DNA of 64,000 nt from an uncultured Actinomycetes bacterium (GTDB taxonomy: Bacteria; Actinomycetota; Acidimicrobiia; Spongiisociales; DATADW01), in assembly GCA_963733905.1 (NCBI GenBank), contig CAVTEU010000003.1:910-64909 (forward strand), in the 5' to 3' direction. The notes under the pieces are model-generated. The model was not told the DNA's origin. It saw only the letters and a list, made by a program, of their open reading frames with translations, and ran no database searches. A program made the translations under genes and the position numbers. Below, in pieces: positions 31,915 to 41,799 of this stretch (position 1 is its first letter; each line of letters begins with the position of its first letter).

Positions 31915-32535
31915 TCAGCTGGTGATCATTTCGATGGCCCGGTCGATCATCCCGGCGTGCCCATAGAGCAGCCCAGACTGGATGGCGGTGACCGTGTTGC
32001 GCCCGATCGCTTGTGGAGGCGCCACCAACTCCACCCGGCGGAGCGCCGCGGTGTGACCGACGAGTCCATCCATCGACACCTCGAGACCCGGTGCGATCAT
32101 CCCCCCGAGATAGTCACCGGCCGGGCCCACGACGTCCACTGTCGTCGCCGTGCCGAAGTCGACCACCACCACGGGGGCGCCGTATCGCTCGACGGCCGCC
32201 ACGGCGTTGACCACCCTGTCGGCACCGACCTCGCGTGGGTTGTCGGTGTGTATGGCGATACCGGTGCGCACCCCCGGGCCGACCACGACCACCGGGCCAT
32301 CGACCAGATCCCGTGCAGCGACCTGGACCGCCGCGGTTGCCGCCGGGACGACGCTCGAAACGGCCGCTCCTTCCAGGGGCAACTCGCTCGACGCGAGAAG
32401 CCCATGGAAGAGGAGGCGGTACTCGTCGGCGGTGCGCTCGGCGATGGTGGACAACCGCCAGCGCTGCGCCACCCGGTCGTCGGTGACCACACCCACCGCG
32501 GTGGTCGAGTTGCCCACGTCAACCACCAGCAGCAC
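31915..32535 (-). CDS. coaX: type III pantothenate kinase
   Basis: GTG 32535 gives MLLVVDVGNSTTAVG..., with GGGGAGG SD 7 nt upstream inside the end of panC. AVVVVDFGTATTVDVV and GGMIAPG motifs. Confidence 0.85.
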   Translation of the reverse strand: MLLVVDVGNSTTAVGVVTDDRVAQRWRLSTIAERTADEYRLLFHGLLASSELPLEGAAVSSVVPAATAAVQVAARDLVDGPVVVVGPGVRTGIAIHTDNPREVGADRVVNAVAAVERYGAPVVVVDFGTATTVDVVGPAGDYLGGMIAPGLEVSMDGLVGHTAALRRVELVAPPQAIGRNTVTAIQSGLLYGHAGMIDRAIEMITS

Positions 32536-32537
32536 CT

Positions 32538-33415
32538 TCAGACCTCCCCGATGCGTTGACCGAGCAGGTGGCCACGGTCGACCTTGGGGCGGCCGTCCAC
32601 CCAATCGACATGGATGTTGTCGATGAGACGGGTGCCACCGACCCGGGCGGCAACTGCCAGGAAGGCGGGGCGATCGAGCACATCGAGCCGAGCGACCTCA
32701 TCCTGGGACCGCAGTTCGGCGTAGTCGAGGTCGAGCCCCGACTCGCCGGCTGCCAAGGCCTCGAGCGCCGGCCCTGAAGCGGTGCCGGCCTCGATGGCAT
32801 CCGCCGCCGCCATCAGACCACGGCTCAAACCGAGGGCCTCCTCACGCTCCCCTTGCCGACAGGTAGCTGTTGCGACTCGACAGAGCGAGCCCATCGGCGT
32901 CGCGCACCGTGGGGCAGCCGATCACATCGAGGGGGAAGGAAAGATCACGCGCCAGTCGCCGGACCACGGCCAACTGTTGGGCGTCCTTGCGACCGAAGAA
33001 CGCCATGTCCGGTCGGAGCCCGGCGAAGAGCTTGGTAACCACGGTGGCCACACCGGTGAAGTGGCCCGGCCGGTGAGCGCCCTCCATGCTCTCGGTCAGG
33101 TCCGCAACATGCACCGCCGCCTTGGGCTCGGACGGGTACATCTCGGCGAGCGAAGGAGCGAAGAGGATGTGTGCCCCGGTGGCGACGATCAGCCCGCGGT
33201 CACGATCGGGGTTCCGCGGGTAGCTCTCCAGGTCCTCAGCGGGGCCGAACTGGAGCGGGTTGACGAACGACGAGACGATCACGGTGTCGGCCGATGCCAA
33301 TGCCGCCTCGATCAACGAGAGGTGACCCTCGTGGAGGAACCCCATGGTCGGGACGAGCCCGACCGACACCGGAAGCCTCCTTGCGGGCCTCGGCGAAGGT
33401 GGCCGCCTCGATCAA
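32538..33415 (-). CDS. panC: pantoate--beta-alanine ligase; two apparent frameshifts (about 33375 and 32860)
   Basis: LIEAATFAEARKEASG (frame +2) then VGLVPTMGFLHEGHLSL...FGRKDAQQL...LSSRNSYL, with the C-terminal part in 32538..32894. TTG start 33415 overlaps the upstream stop (TTGA). Confidence 0.85.
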
Positions 33416-34224
33416 GAGATCACCTCAGCGATCTCCTCGCTCCGTCCGGCTGCTCCGGCGATGAGCCGCAGCGCGGCGAGGAACTCATCGAGCACCTCCG
33501 GGTCGGCGGAGCGAACCGCATCGATCTGCGCGGTCACGGTGGCCATGTCACCCCTCGCCACCGGGCCGGTGAGAGCTGCGGCTGCGCCACCTCCGAAGCT
33601 GTGGGAAACGACCTTCTCCACCAGCGGCCGGGCCAACTCGGGATCGACCCTGGCGGCTTCGAAGAGCCGATCGGCCAGCCAGAGCGCAGCCACCACCGCA
33701 TTCGAAGCCACCGACGCCGCCGCGTGGTAGAGCGCCCGATGATCGTCACCGAGATCGAAGGCGGTCATTCCTAGGTCGGAAGCCAAACCCTCGAGCAGTT
33801 CGTGCAGGCCCGGGTCCGTTGTGGTTATCGCCACAGCCGAACCGGCGAGCGCTTGGGCTCCCCGATCGGGGTCGGGAAGGCTCTGCAGGGGATGGAACGC
33901 ACCCACCCCTATCCCCCGCGCGGCAAATGGGTGCAGCGCCGAGACCGGGACTGCGCCACTGAGATGGACGGCACCGCCCACATCGGTGACCCGCCGAGCG
34001 ACGCTCTCCGCCACCTCGGCGATGGCCTCATCGCCGACCGCCACCACCACCAGGTCCGCCGGCGGTAGCGGGCTGTCCGGTCCGAGGACTTCGGCTCCGA
34101 GCCGCTCGGCAGATCCGGTGGCGTCGCTGCGTCCCACCACCCCCACGATCCGGTGCCCGGCTTCGGTCAACGCAATACCGAGCGACATCCCGGCGCGCCC
34201 CGGGCCGACGAGGATGACCTTCAT
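33412..34224 (-). CDS. Rossmann-like DUF2520-type protein (the mycobacterial-type gene found upstream of panC)
   Basis: MKVILVGPGRAGMSLGIAL...; 270 aa, intact. Its position directly upstream of panC matches the conserved actinobacterial arrangement. Confidence 0.7.
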   Translation of the reverse strand: MKVILVGPGRAGMSLGIALTEAGHRIVGVVGRSDATGSAERLGAEVLGPDSPLPPADLVVVAVGDEAIAEVAESVARRVTDVGGAVHLSGAVPVSALHPFAARGIGVGAFHPLQSLPDPDRGAQALAGSAVAITTTDPGLHELLEGLASDLGMTAFDLGDDHRALYHAAASVASNAVVAALWLADRLFEAARVDPELARPLVEKVVSHSFGGGAAAALTGPVARGDMATVTAQIDAVRSADPEVLDEFLAALRLIAGAAGRSEEIAEVIS

Positions 34225-34293
34225 CGCGCCGGACGCTAACGCAGGGCTTGGCTTCCCTCGGGCGCCGAATGCCCCGTCCTACGCTCCCCGAGG

Positions 34294-34897
34294 ATGCGAG
34301 GCGAAGCCGCTCTCCTGGTCATTGTCCTCGTGGCCGGGTGTTCGGCTGCTCCGGGCGACACCACGCAAGCAGGGACCGTCGGCCACCGGTACCCAACCGA
34401 GCAGCACCACGGCGCCGGCGACGACCTCTCAGAGCTCGACGACCACCACCTCAACCGAGGCAACCTCAACGACGCGGACCGTGCCGACCCGGCCGGATCC
34501 GCCACCTCGGCTGCGGAGAGAGGTCGAGGTGCACCGTGGCCCCCGGACGGCGCTCTACACCCTCCCCGCCGATCTCCTCTTCGACAGCGGTGAAACCGAG
34601 CTCCGCCCAGGTTCGGCCGTGATCATCGGAGAGGTGGCCCGGGACATATCCGAACGATTCCCCGGAAGACCGATCATCGTCCGCGGCCACACCGACTCGG
34701 TGGGAGGGTCCCGGGCAAACCGAGAGCTCTCGAGGCGCCGAGCTGAGACGGTCGCCGACATTCTCGATCAGCAGGGCGGCATCGAGTCGATAACGATCGA
34801 GGCGTTCGGCGAGCTAGACCCACGCGCCTCCAACGACACCGCCGCCGGCCGCGCCCAGAACCGCCGTGTCGAGATCCTCGTCCGCACCAGGCGCTGA
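34294..34897 (+). CDS. OmpA/MotB-family lipoprotein (peptidoglycan-binding); one apparent frameshift about 34400
   Basis: MRGEAALLVIVLVAGCSAAPG (lipobox). Thr/Ser-rich linker, then C-terminal OmpA_C: IIVRGHTDSVGGSRANRELSRRRAETVADIL...GRAQNRRVEILV in frame 33821..34897. Confidence 0.75.
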
Positions 34898-35051
34898 CCA
34901 CGGAGGGCTGCCTCCGAGCGCAGCACCGAGCGGTGCCCTCCGTTGGCAGCTTGGGGCTCACCCCTACCCGCCGCTCCGCAGCGGGGCCCTTCCCCCGCTT
35001 CGGGGGGACGGAGAGAATGGCGCGGCGGGGCGCCCTACCGCGGGGATTGGC

Positions 35052-35079
35052 TGCCGTCCGCCGTCTGCCGTCTGCCGTC
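35052..35079. repeat. four tandem heptamers (T/C)GCCGTC in the convergent intergenic gap between the OmpA lipoprotein and DUF72 genes
   Basis: tgccgtc cgccgtc tgccgtc tgccgtc, read directly. Confidence 0.5.
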
Positions 35080-35084
35080 TCGGT

Positions 35085-35820
35085 TCACCTAGGCGCCATC
35101 CGCTCGGGCACCAGTTCGGTGAGGAGATCGATCATCGTGTCGGCGTCCCTGATGGCGGCTGCACCGGGGTCGTTGTTGAAGTAGACGAAGACGTCCTCGG
35201 CGTCGCTTCCGGCGATGCGTTCCGCCCAAGGGCGGAGCCGGTCGCGCCCGTACTCCCATGAAATGAAGTCGGCGCGGTGGAATCGGAGGTAGAGCCAGCC
35301 ACCGGTGACCCTTTGGCGTGCGATCGGGCCGGGGTCGGCCCACACCAGTGCAGCCTTGGAACGGTCGAGCAGCTCGTGGACCTCGGGCACGTCCCACGAG
35401 ACGTCGCGGAACTCGAGGGCGGGACGCATCGACGGAGGGGAGCGCTTCGAGCAGGCCGGCAAGCCGGTCGATGTCGAGCTTGTAGTTGGGAGGGAGTTGG
35501 AAGAGCACCGGTCCGAGCCTGGGCCCGAGCCCCAAGGCGCGCTCCCAGAGGCGTTGGACCGGCTCCTCGGGGTCGGCGAGCCGTCTCACATGGGTGAGGT
35601 ATCGGCTCGCCTTGACCGTGAAACAGAACCCCTCTGGGGTCTCTTCACGCCACCGCTCGAAGGTGCCCCGCTCGGGGAAGGCGGTAGAAGGTGTTGTTGA
35701 CCTCGATGGTGGGGAACCGCCTCGAGCACACCTCCAGCCACCGCCGTTTGGGCAGGTCCTCGGGATAGAAGGTCCCCCGCCAGTCGTCGTATTGCCAGCC
35801 GCTGGTCCCGACCCGGATCA
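35085..35820 (-). CDS. DUF72 (YecE-like) family protein; at least 2 apparent frameshifts
   Basis: GTG about 35820: VIRVGTSGWQYDDWRGTFYPEDLPKRRWLEVCSRRFPTIEVNNTFYRLP...GFCFTVKASRYLTH, then VLFQLPPNYK and ...YFNNDPGAAAIRDADTMIDLL in frames 35089..35589 and 35085..35462. Confidence 0.7.
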
Positions 35821-35842
35821 CCCGGGTGATTCTGGCGTCAGA

Positions 35843-36578
35843 TCAAGCGGACTTGAAGGCTCTCCCTATCGCCCGGAACGGTGTGCCCATCGTGTAGAGC
35901 ACCGAGCGGATGGCGGCGTTGTGCTTGATGTACCCGGCGTAGCGCCACTGGCGGCGCTTGTCGAGGATCGTCGCCGCAAGCTCCGGCTCGGCAGTCGAAC
36001 CGAAGTGGGCCGCCAGCGAGCGGAGGGTGTGCAGCCAGATCTTGTCCTCCATCCGACCCGCACCCATCATGAAAGCAAGCTCGTAGAGAGGGTCGCTGGG
36101 CCGGATGAGCACCTGCACCTGGGCGATCGTCCCGCCTTCGGCCTCGAACGAGCTGAAGGTCACCCACCCGGCGAACAGATGTCCCTCGGGGGTCATGAAG
36201 GTGAAGGAGACGTCGTCGGCGTAGAGCACCATCACCCCGGTGGAGAGCGTCATCGGGCCCTGGACGGTGTTGATCGTCCCCACCTCGCCCGGTTTGATCC
36301 CGGCGATCGGGGCGTAGAACCGGTTGTACGAGGGCCAGAAGTCCCCGTAGTTCTCCTTCCAGACCGAGATCACTCCGCTCGGAGTGACCTCGCCCACGTT
36401 CACCTTGTAGGTCTTCTGCCAGAGCCGGCCGAATCCCTGCAGGGGACCGGTGAGGCGGCGCCCTGCGACGTTGAGCGAAAGCGCTCCGGGCGAGGCAGGT
36501 CCCACCACGAGGCGATCGACTGGCTGCGCCCAGTTCTGCCGTGTCGCTCCCGTTGGGCGACTGGTCATTGACGGTCAT
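35843..36578 (-). CDS. conserved hypothetical protein (about 240 aa, cytoplasmic)
   Basis: 241-aa ORF 35843..36568. Strong SD GGAGGAA before ATG 36578 in the adjacent frame suggests a start-proximal indel. No family assigned. Confidence 0.5.
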
Positions 36579-36621
36579 CGTTCCTCCAAGTGGATCGACC
36601 TTCGGTGGTTGTACCGCGAGG

Positions 36622-36643
36622 TCGTCCGGACATCGTTACGGAC
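36622..36643. promoter_or_regulatory. related element CGTCCGGACATCGTTACGGACG (inverted repeat CGTCCG/CGGACG flanking a CGTTACG core) 44-65 nt upstream of the gene starting at 36578
   Basis: It shares the 12-mer catcgttacgga (rc tccgtaacgatg) with the 39029 element. Confidence 0.35.
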
Positions 36644-36666
36644 GCGGCACCGCCGGTCGGGAGACC

Positions 36667-37052
36667 GGCGGCGACGTCGTCGGACTGCTCAGCGGGCGGC
36701 GGCTACTGCCGACGCCTCGTCGGGATGGATGCCGATCGCCTCGTCGAGGCGGGTCAGCGAGAGAATCTGGCGGTAGTGCTCGTTGAGGCCGATATGCGAG
36801 CAACTGCTGACCGGCGCGGTTGGCGCGGATGAGCACGGTCACGAGCAGACCGATCCCGCCACTGTTCATGTACTGCAGCCCCTCGAAATTGAGGATCACG
36901 GCACGCACCCCATCGCCGCTGGCCTCGGCGAAGGCGTCCATGAGGACACCCTCGGAAAACGCCGTGACCTCGCCATCGATATCGATGACCCGGACCCCCG
37001 GAGCCGCCTCTCTCACTTCCATTGCAACTTCTGCCTGTGGCATGTTCCCCAC
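36667..37052 (-). CDS. STAS-domain anti-sigma factor antagonist (SpoIIAA/RsbV-like), copy 2; apparent C-terminal frameshift about 36775
   Basis: VIDIDGEVTAFSEGVLMDAFAEA...VILNFEGLQYMNSGGIGLLVTVLIRANRAGQQLLAY. The alternative frame continues GLNEHYRQILSLTRLDEAIGIHPDEASAVAAAR then stop. Confidence 0.75.
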
Positions 37053-37059
37053 TCCCTAC

Positions 37060-37416
37060 CTAGGACGCCGCGTTTGCCGCTAGCGCCGATTCCTCGTTCG
37101 GATAGATGTGCACGAAGTCGGCCAGCCGGGTGATCTGGAAGATCTCCCGGTAGTGGTCACTCAGCCCGAAGGCCGACATGTCGCGCTGCTCGGCACGGGC
37201 CCGGGCGAGCACTCCCACGATCGCCGCGATCCCGGTGCTGTTGATGTACCCGACCCGGGTGAAGTCGAGCACGACGAAACTGGGCTGAAGGACCGCCGCT
37301 TCTTCGTAGGCGGCGGCGAGGCGCTCCCGCGCGTTCCCGTCGAGGTCCCCTTCGAGCCGGATCAGCGCCCGTCTCTCCTCGTCGTGCACGGTCGCCTCAA
37401 AGGCGCTCGCCTGCAT
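37060..37416 (-). CDS. STAS-domain anti-sigma factor antagonist (SpoIIAA/RsbV-like), copy 1
   Basis: IRLEGDLDGNARERLAAAYEE...VVLDFTRVGYINSTGIAAIVGVLARARAEQRDMSAFGLSDHYREIFQITRLADFVHIY. Intact, 118 aa. Confidence 0.85.
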   Translation of the reverse strand: MQASAFEATVHDEERRALIRLEGDLDGNARERLAAAYEEAAVLQPSFVVLDFTRVGYINSTGIAAIVGVLARARAEQRDMSAFGLSDHYREIFQITRLADFVHIYPNEESALAANAAS

Positions 37417-37786
37417 CGCTTTCTCCTTCCAGGCTCATCTCGAGTTCGAGAGTGTGATGGCGATCTGTGGTGTGGACCCGCAGGTCGTCGACCATGCTGC
37501 GGATCAGGAACAGGCCCCAACCACGCGGCGTCTGCAATCCCTCCAGCTTTGCCTCGAGGTCGGGGGTCTCCGGGTCGGGGACCTCACGTCCGCCGCCCTG
37601 GTCGACGATGCGGACCTTCACCGCCCCGACGTTGGCGCACACCTCGATCTCGACCGGCTTGTCCGGCTCGTTGCCGTTGCCGTGCTCGATGGCATTCATG
37701 GTCGCCTCGGCTACGGCCGTCTTCAGTCGCTCCATGCGACCGGGCTCCATACCGAGCGGGCTCACCCACTCGGCGACCCGGTCCAT
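37397..37786 (-). CDS. anti-sigma regulatory factor (RsbW/SpoIIAB-like Ser protein kinase, HATPase_c)
   Basis: MERLKTAVAEATMNAIEHGN...VEIEVCANVGAVKVRIVDQGGG...RGWGLFLIRSMVDDL. Confidence 0.8.
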   Translation of the reverse strand: MDRVAEWVSPLGMEPGRMERLKTAVAEATMNAIEHGNGNEPDKPVEIEVCANVGAVKVRIVDQGGGREVPDPETPDLEAKLEGLQTPRGWGLFLIRSMVDDLRVHTTDRHHTLELEMSLEGESDAGERL

Positions 37787-37796
37787 GGCGACCCTT

Positions 37797-39004
37797 TCAT
37801 TCCCGGCGATGCTCGGGAGCGAGAACTCGCCGAGTGACTGCCAGTCGCCCGCCGTCGATAAAGGCGCGGGCGCTCTGCTCGGCCGACGAGCAGCGGCTGA
37901 CCAGGACGAGCGTCACGTCGTCCTCCTGCTCCCAATCTGGCCCGGTCCAGGTGTCGAGCTCGGAGAGCACGACCCCGATGAGGCTCTCGCCCTCGGGACG
38001 CGACCCGATGGTGTCGATGACTCGCGACACTCCGAGCATCTCGCGATCCGGCGAGTGGGCTTCGGTGAGACCATCGCTGGAGAGCAGCATCACGTCTCCC
38101 GTTCCCAGCGTGGCCTTTTTCTCCTCATAGGTCATCCCGGGCATCAGGCCAAGGGGCATCCCGGTCGCCCTGAGCTCGACCACGCCGGTGTCACTCCGCA
38201 CATAGGGAAGGACGTGGCCCGCATTGGCAAAGTCCAATTCGCCGGTGGCGGGGTCGAGGATGGCGAAGAGACAGGTCACGAACATCCCCTCTGGGATGTC
38301 GGCCACAAGGATCTCGTTGGCGCGGGCGAGGATTTCGCCTGGAGTCGCACCGGACGTGGCGTTGGCGCGGAGCACCGAACGACAGGTTGCCATTACCAGC
38401 GCCGCAGGTACACCCTTGTCGGTGACGTCGCCCACGACGACGCCGAAGCGCCCCCGTCGAGGGGGATGAAGTCGTAGAAGTCGCCTCCGACCTCGCGGGC
38501 CGGGCGGTAGTAGGCCTCGATCTCCCAACCGGGCAACGTGGGGAGCTGGCGGGGCAGCAGCGTCTGCTGGATCAGCGAGGCGACCCGCAGCTCGTGCTCG
38601 ATCCGCTCCCTCTCCTTGGCCTCGGCCTGCTGGCGGCGGACGAGTTGGGCAACCCTGATCGCCGGCGCCACCTGGGAAGCGAGTCCCTCGAGAAGCTTGC
38701 GGTCGTCGGAGGAGTACGGCTGGTCGGAGAGACGGCGGCCCAGGTTGAGCATCCCGATGAGCTCGCCCTGGCTGATGAGCGGGACCACCAATTCGACCCC
38801 GGCTTCGCGCAGCTCCGCCACCGCCGGGGAGTCGAGGTTGAGCCGCTCCAACTCGACAGGTGCACCCGCCGTCTGCAGATAGGGCAGCAGCGGATCGTTG
38901 GGAGCGATATCGACCTGGATCGACGCCGCCGGCGCCGTCTCCATTTCCTGCGGCTCGGACTCGGCCGCGGAACGACCCTTGCGGATTCGTGACAGGACCA
39001 CCAT
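37797..39004 (-). CDS. GAF-domain PP2C-type (SpoIIE/RsbU-like) serine phosphatase; one apparent frameshift about 38430
   Basis: 38393..39004 carries the GAF domain plus the start of the phosphatase (...EVGGDFYDFIPLDGG). 37797..38528 continues VVVGDVTDKGVPAALVMA...AGH...LLSSDGLTEA... Confidence 0.8.
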
Positions 39005-39028
39005 GTTGCCTTTCTTCTACCCCGCCCT

Positions 39029-39047
39029 CGTGACGGCATCGTTACGG
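39029..39047. promoter_or_regulatory. CGTGACGG-N3-CGTTACGG element 25-45 nt upstream of the GAF-PP2C phosphatase gene start
   Basis: cgtgacggcatcgttacgg. A third related copy (cgtccggacatcgttacggacg) is at 36622-36643, upstream of the 36578 gene. Confidence 0.4.
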
Positions 39048-39180
39048 ATGACCCGTCCTATGCCACTGGGGACGCGAAACATCAAACCTGAAAACCGCTT
39101 GGTCTTGTATCGGCAGATGGTGCCGCGGTCCTAAACGGTCGACTGAGAGCGGGATCGCCGAGATTTCGGGGCGACGGTGC

Positions 39181-39212
39181 GGTCGAAACGGGGGTCAAAC
39201 GGTATCGAAACG
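39181..39212. repeat. three tandem direct repeats (G/A)TC(G)AAACGG at 10-12 nt phasing (GTCGAAACGG / GTCAAACGG / ATCGAAACGG), with a fourth CTAAACGG at 39130
   Basis: Read directly from the sequence: gtcgaaacgggg gtcaaacggt atcgaaacggcac. Helical-turn periodicity is typical of OmpR/SARP-type direct-repeat operators. Confidence 0.6.
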
Positions 39213-39275
39213 GCACTTCGGCGACACTCTCGGTGACTCGCACCGAGGGAAGGGCGCCTACAAACAAGGGGAGGC

Positions 39276-39470
39276 ATGAGCATTCGATACCCATTAGTGG
39301 CCTGTCCGCAACCAGGCTGCATACAACTTGCAGAGATCGACCAGACGATGGAGATCGCGTCGACCGCGGGGCCGGTCGGACACGGTTCGCTCCGTCGCGC
39401 TGAGGGACACTGGTTCTTCATGCCATTGGAAGGTCTGGTGGAGGCAAGACGTGGAGGCAGGGTGGCCTGA
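39276..39470 (+). CDS. possible small ORF (64 aa) with a strong SD (AAGGGGAGG); protein of doubtful reality
   Basis: MSIRYPLVACPQPGCIQLAEIDQ.... It is the only plus-strand ORF in this intergenic gap with a good RBS. It lies about 65 nt downstream of the AAACGG direct repeats. Confidence 0.2.
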   Translation: MSIRYPLVACPQPGCIQLAEIDQTMEIASTAGPVGHGSLRRAEGHWFFMPLEGLVEARRGGRVA

Positions 39471-40644
39471 TCAGCCACCCTCCCCGCGCATCCAGAGACG
39501 GACGGTCGCCGGGCGGAGCGTCTGGCCGACGACGCTGGAGAGATCGTCCGTGAGTCCGTCGAGATCGACCTCGCTACGCAGCCGGGAGGCGAACTCGTCG
39601 ACAACTCGACCTGCGTCGTACCGGGACCGATCAAAGCGACGGTCGATGAAGCTTTGGACCTTGCGCCGAACCGGGGTGAACAAGGCTGCCGCCGCCAGCG
39701 TGGCACCGGCCACCGCCAACGGATTGTCTGCGACCGACAACCGCACCCAGGGCCACGGCGAACCCGGCATAGACCGCCACCAGCACCGCGGCCACGATCG
39801 CATATGAGACGGTGCGGCTGATGAGCCGGTCGATGTCATAGAGGCGGTAACGGAGGATCGCGATGGCGACCGCTATCGGGAAGCCGAGCCCGGCAACTAG
39901 CCAAGGGACCAGCCCGACCAGGTCGCCCTCGAAACCCAACAATTCGGAAACGAGCATGAAGACCAAACCGAGCAGCGCCGCCACCAGAGCCAAGGCGACC
40001 CACTTCAGCTGGCCGCGCTCCACGCCGGACGCCTTTCGGTACCGCCCGATCAGCGACAGGGCACCGAGGACGATCACCACGACCGTGGATCACCACGGCG
40101 ACTGGTACGACCGACTCCAACCAAGGCGCTTGGTCTATGCCCATCGGGTTGTCGCCCACACCCGAAGGGGTCACGATCGTGGGTTTGAAGAACGAGTGCC
40201 AGGGCGAAGACAACGAGAGCGGCGTAGCCGACTGACACCACCGGTCTCCATCTCGGCCCGGGCAGATGACCATCCGGGAAGATAGAACGTCGCCGGGAAG
40301 GCGATGAGGCCGAAGGCGGGAGGCACCAGAATCGCACCGACGAGGGCGACCCACCCTGCCCACGATGCGGTCTGCACCGGGAACCACACCGATTCGGCGA
40401 TGCTCTGCAGGTTGACCCCCAGCCCGAGCGCGGTGACACCCGCCAGCCAGCACCATCCCAACGGATGGTCGGGTCGGCGAGCAGCCAGCAGCAACCCGAC
40501 GATCGGGAATCCCATGAAGGCGGACGCCCAAATCACGTCATCGACGCTGAAGCCGGCGCCCGAGCTGACCACGATGCCGAGGAACCACGAGGCGATTGCG
40601 ACGACGAACAACAAACCGGCCGCCCACGGCGCCCACCTTCTCAT
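39471..40644 (-). CDS. array paralog P13 (most downstream): polytopic membrane protein with conserved C-terminal cytoplasmic domain; at least 2 apparent frameshifts
   Basis: N-terminus MRRWAPWAAGLLFVVAIASWFLGIVV (tail of ORF 40171..42723). Middle YRKASGVERGQLKWVALALV...AILRYRLYDIDRLISRTVSYAIVAAVLVAVYAG (39631..40080). C-terminus DNPLAVAGATLAAAALFTPVRRKVQSFIDRRFDRSRYDAGRVVDEF..RLRSEVDLDGLTDDLSSVVGQTLRPATVRLWMRGEGG (39471..39839). Confidence 0.7.
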
Positions 40645-40658
40645 GGGCTTTACATCGG

Positions 40659-41799
40659 TCACAGTGCGGTTCCCTTGAGCCAGAGAGAGACCGCCGCTGG
40701 CCGCAACGTCTTGTTGACGACTGCGGTGAGGTCGGTCGAAAGCCCCTCGAGATCGATGTCGTCCCTGAGCCGGGCGGAGAACGCCGCCGCCACCACGGAT
40801 GCGTCGTATCCGGCGCGGTCGAACCTCCTGTCCACCCACGCCTGCACCCTTCGGCGCACCGGGTTGAACAGGGCGGCTGCCGCCAGCGTCGCACCGGCAA
40901 CGGCGAGCGAGTTGGCCTCCCCGATCAGGGCACCCAGTGCCGCAGCACCGGCGAAATAGACGGCGGTCAGAACCACGGCGACGAAGGCGTAGGTCACGGT
41001 CCGGGAGACGATCCGGTCGATCTCGAAGAGCCGGTACCGGGTGATGGCGACCCCGATCGCCACCGGGATGGCGAGAAGCGAAGCTGACGAAAGCACCGAA
41101 CGCATCGACTCGAGATCGAGGAACAGGTCGAGGACGATGACCACCAAGCTGAGTGCAGCCGCCCACAGCAGCCAGATGATCTGGGCCCGCATCCGCAGCC
41201 GACGACCGACGGAGCCTGAGGAGGAGCGAGGCCGAACACGCCAGGAGCGCCGGGAACACGATGAGCGCCATCCCGTCGAGGAGGTCGTACTCGGGCGCTG
41301 AGTCGAGCCCCGTCACCAGGGCCTGCGAGGAGAGCGGCCACAGCCGGGGGACCCCCACCACGAGGGCCAGCGCGAACCAGGCGACCAGGAACCACGCCAC
41401 CCAGCGCCATCCCCGACCGGCCGGTTCGCCGGTCGGGAAGATCAGCAGCAACAAGAGCAACGCGCAGATGCTGACCACCCACCCCCAAGAGCCATACCAG
41501 GCGATCAGATGCTCCAACGGCCATGCTGTGGCGGAAGCCAGCGATGAGAGGACGTAGACCTGCCCCATCGACGTCAGGGTCTGCGCCACGCCGGCCACGA
41601 TGCAGAGCACACCGATACGGTTACCCGGGCGGTGGGCGAGGATGATCGCCCCCACCACGGCGAACGCCGGCCAGGGAAGAGCATCGCCCAGCGGCCGGAG
41701 ATCGGTGAGGGTGGCCGACCGGTCGACCATGAAAGCGACGATGGCGACCCAAGCCACCGCAAAGCCGGCGGCCACTCCCAACCACACTCGCCGTCTCAT
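40659..41799 (-). CDS. array paralog P12; one apparent frameshift about 41200
   Basis: ATG 41799 overlaps the P11 stop (ATGA). MRRRVWLGVAAGFAVAWVAIVAF...LLLLLIFPTGEPAGRGWRWVAWFLV..., then 40659..41192: ...AIPVAIGVAITRYRLFEIDRIVSRTV...NSLAVAGATLAAAALFNPVRRRVQAWVDRRFDRAGYDAS...DIDLEGLSTDLTAVVNKTLRPAAVSLWLKGTAL. Confidence 0.75.

Noticed and set aside
33412-34897. Long plus-strand ORF 33821..34897 as a 358-aa OmpA protein
   Set aside because: Its first about 150 codons overlap the well-supported minus-strand DUF2520 gene and are low-complexity. The genuine gene starts at the lipoprotein signal peptide at 34294 in another frame.
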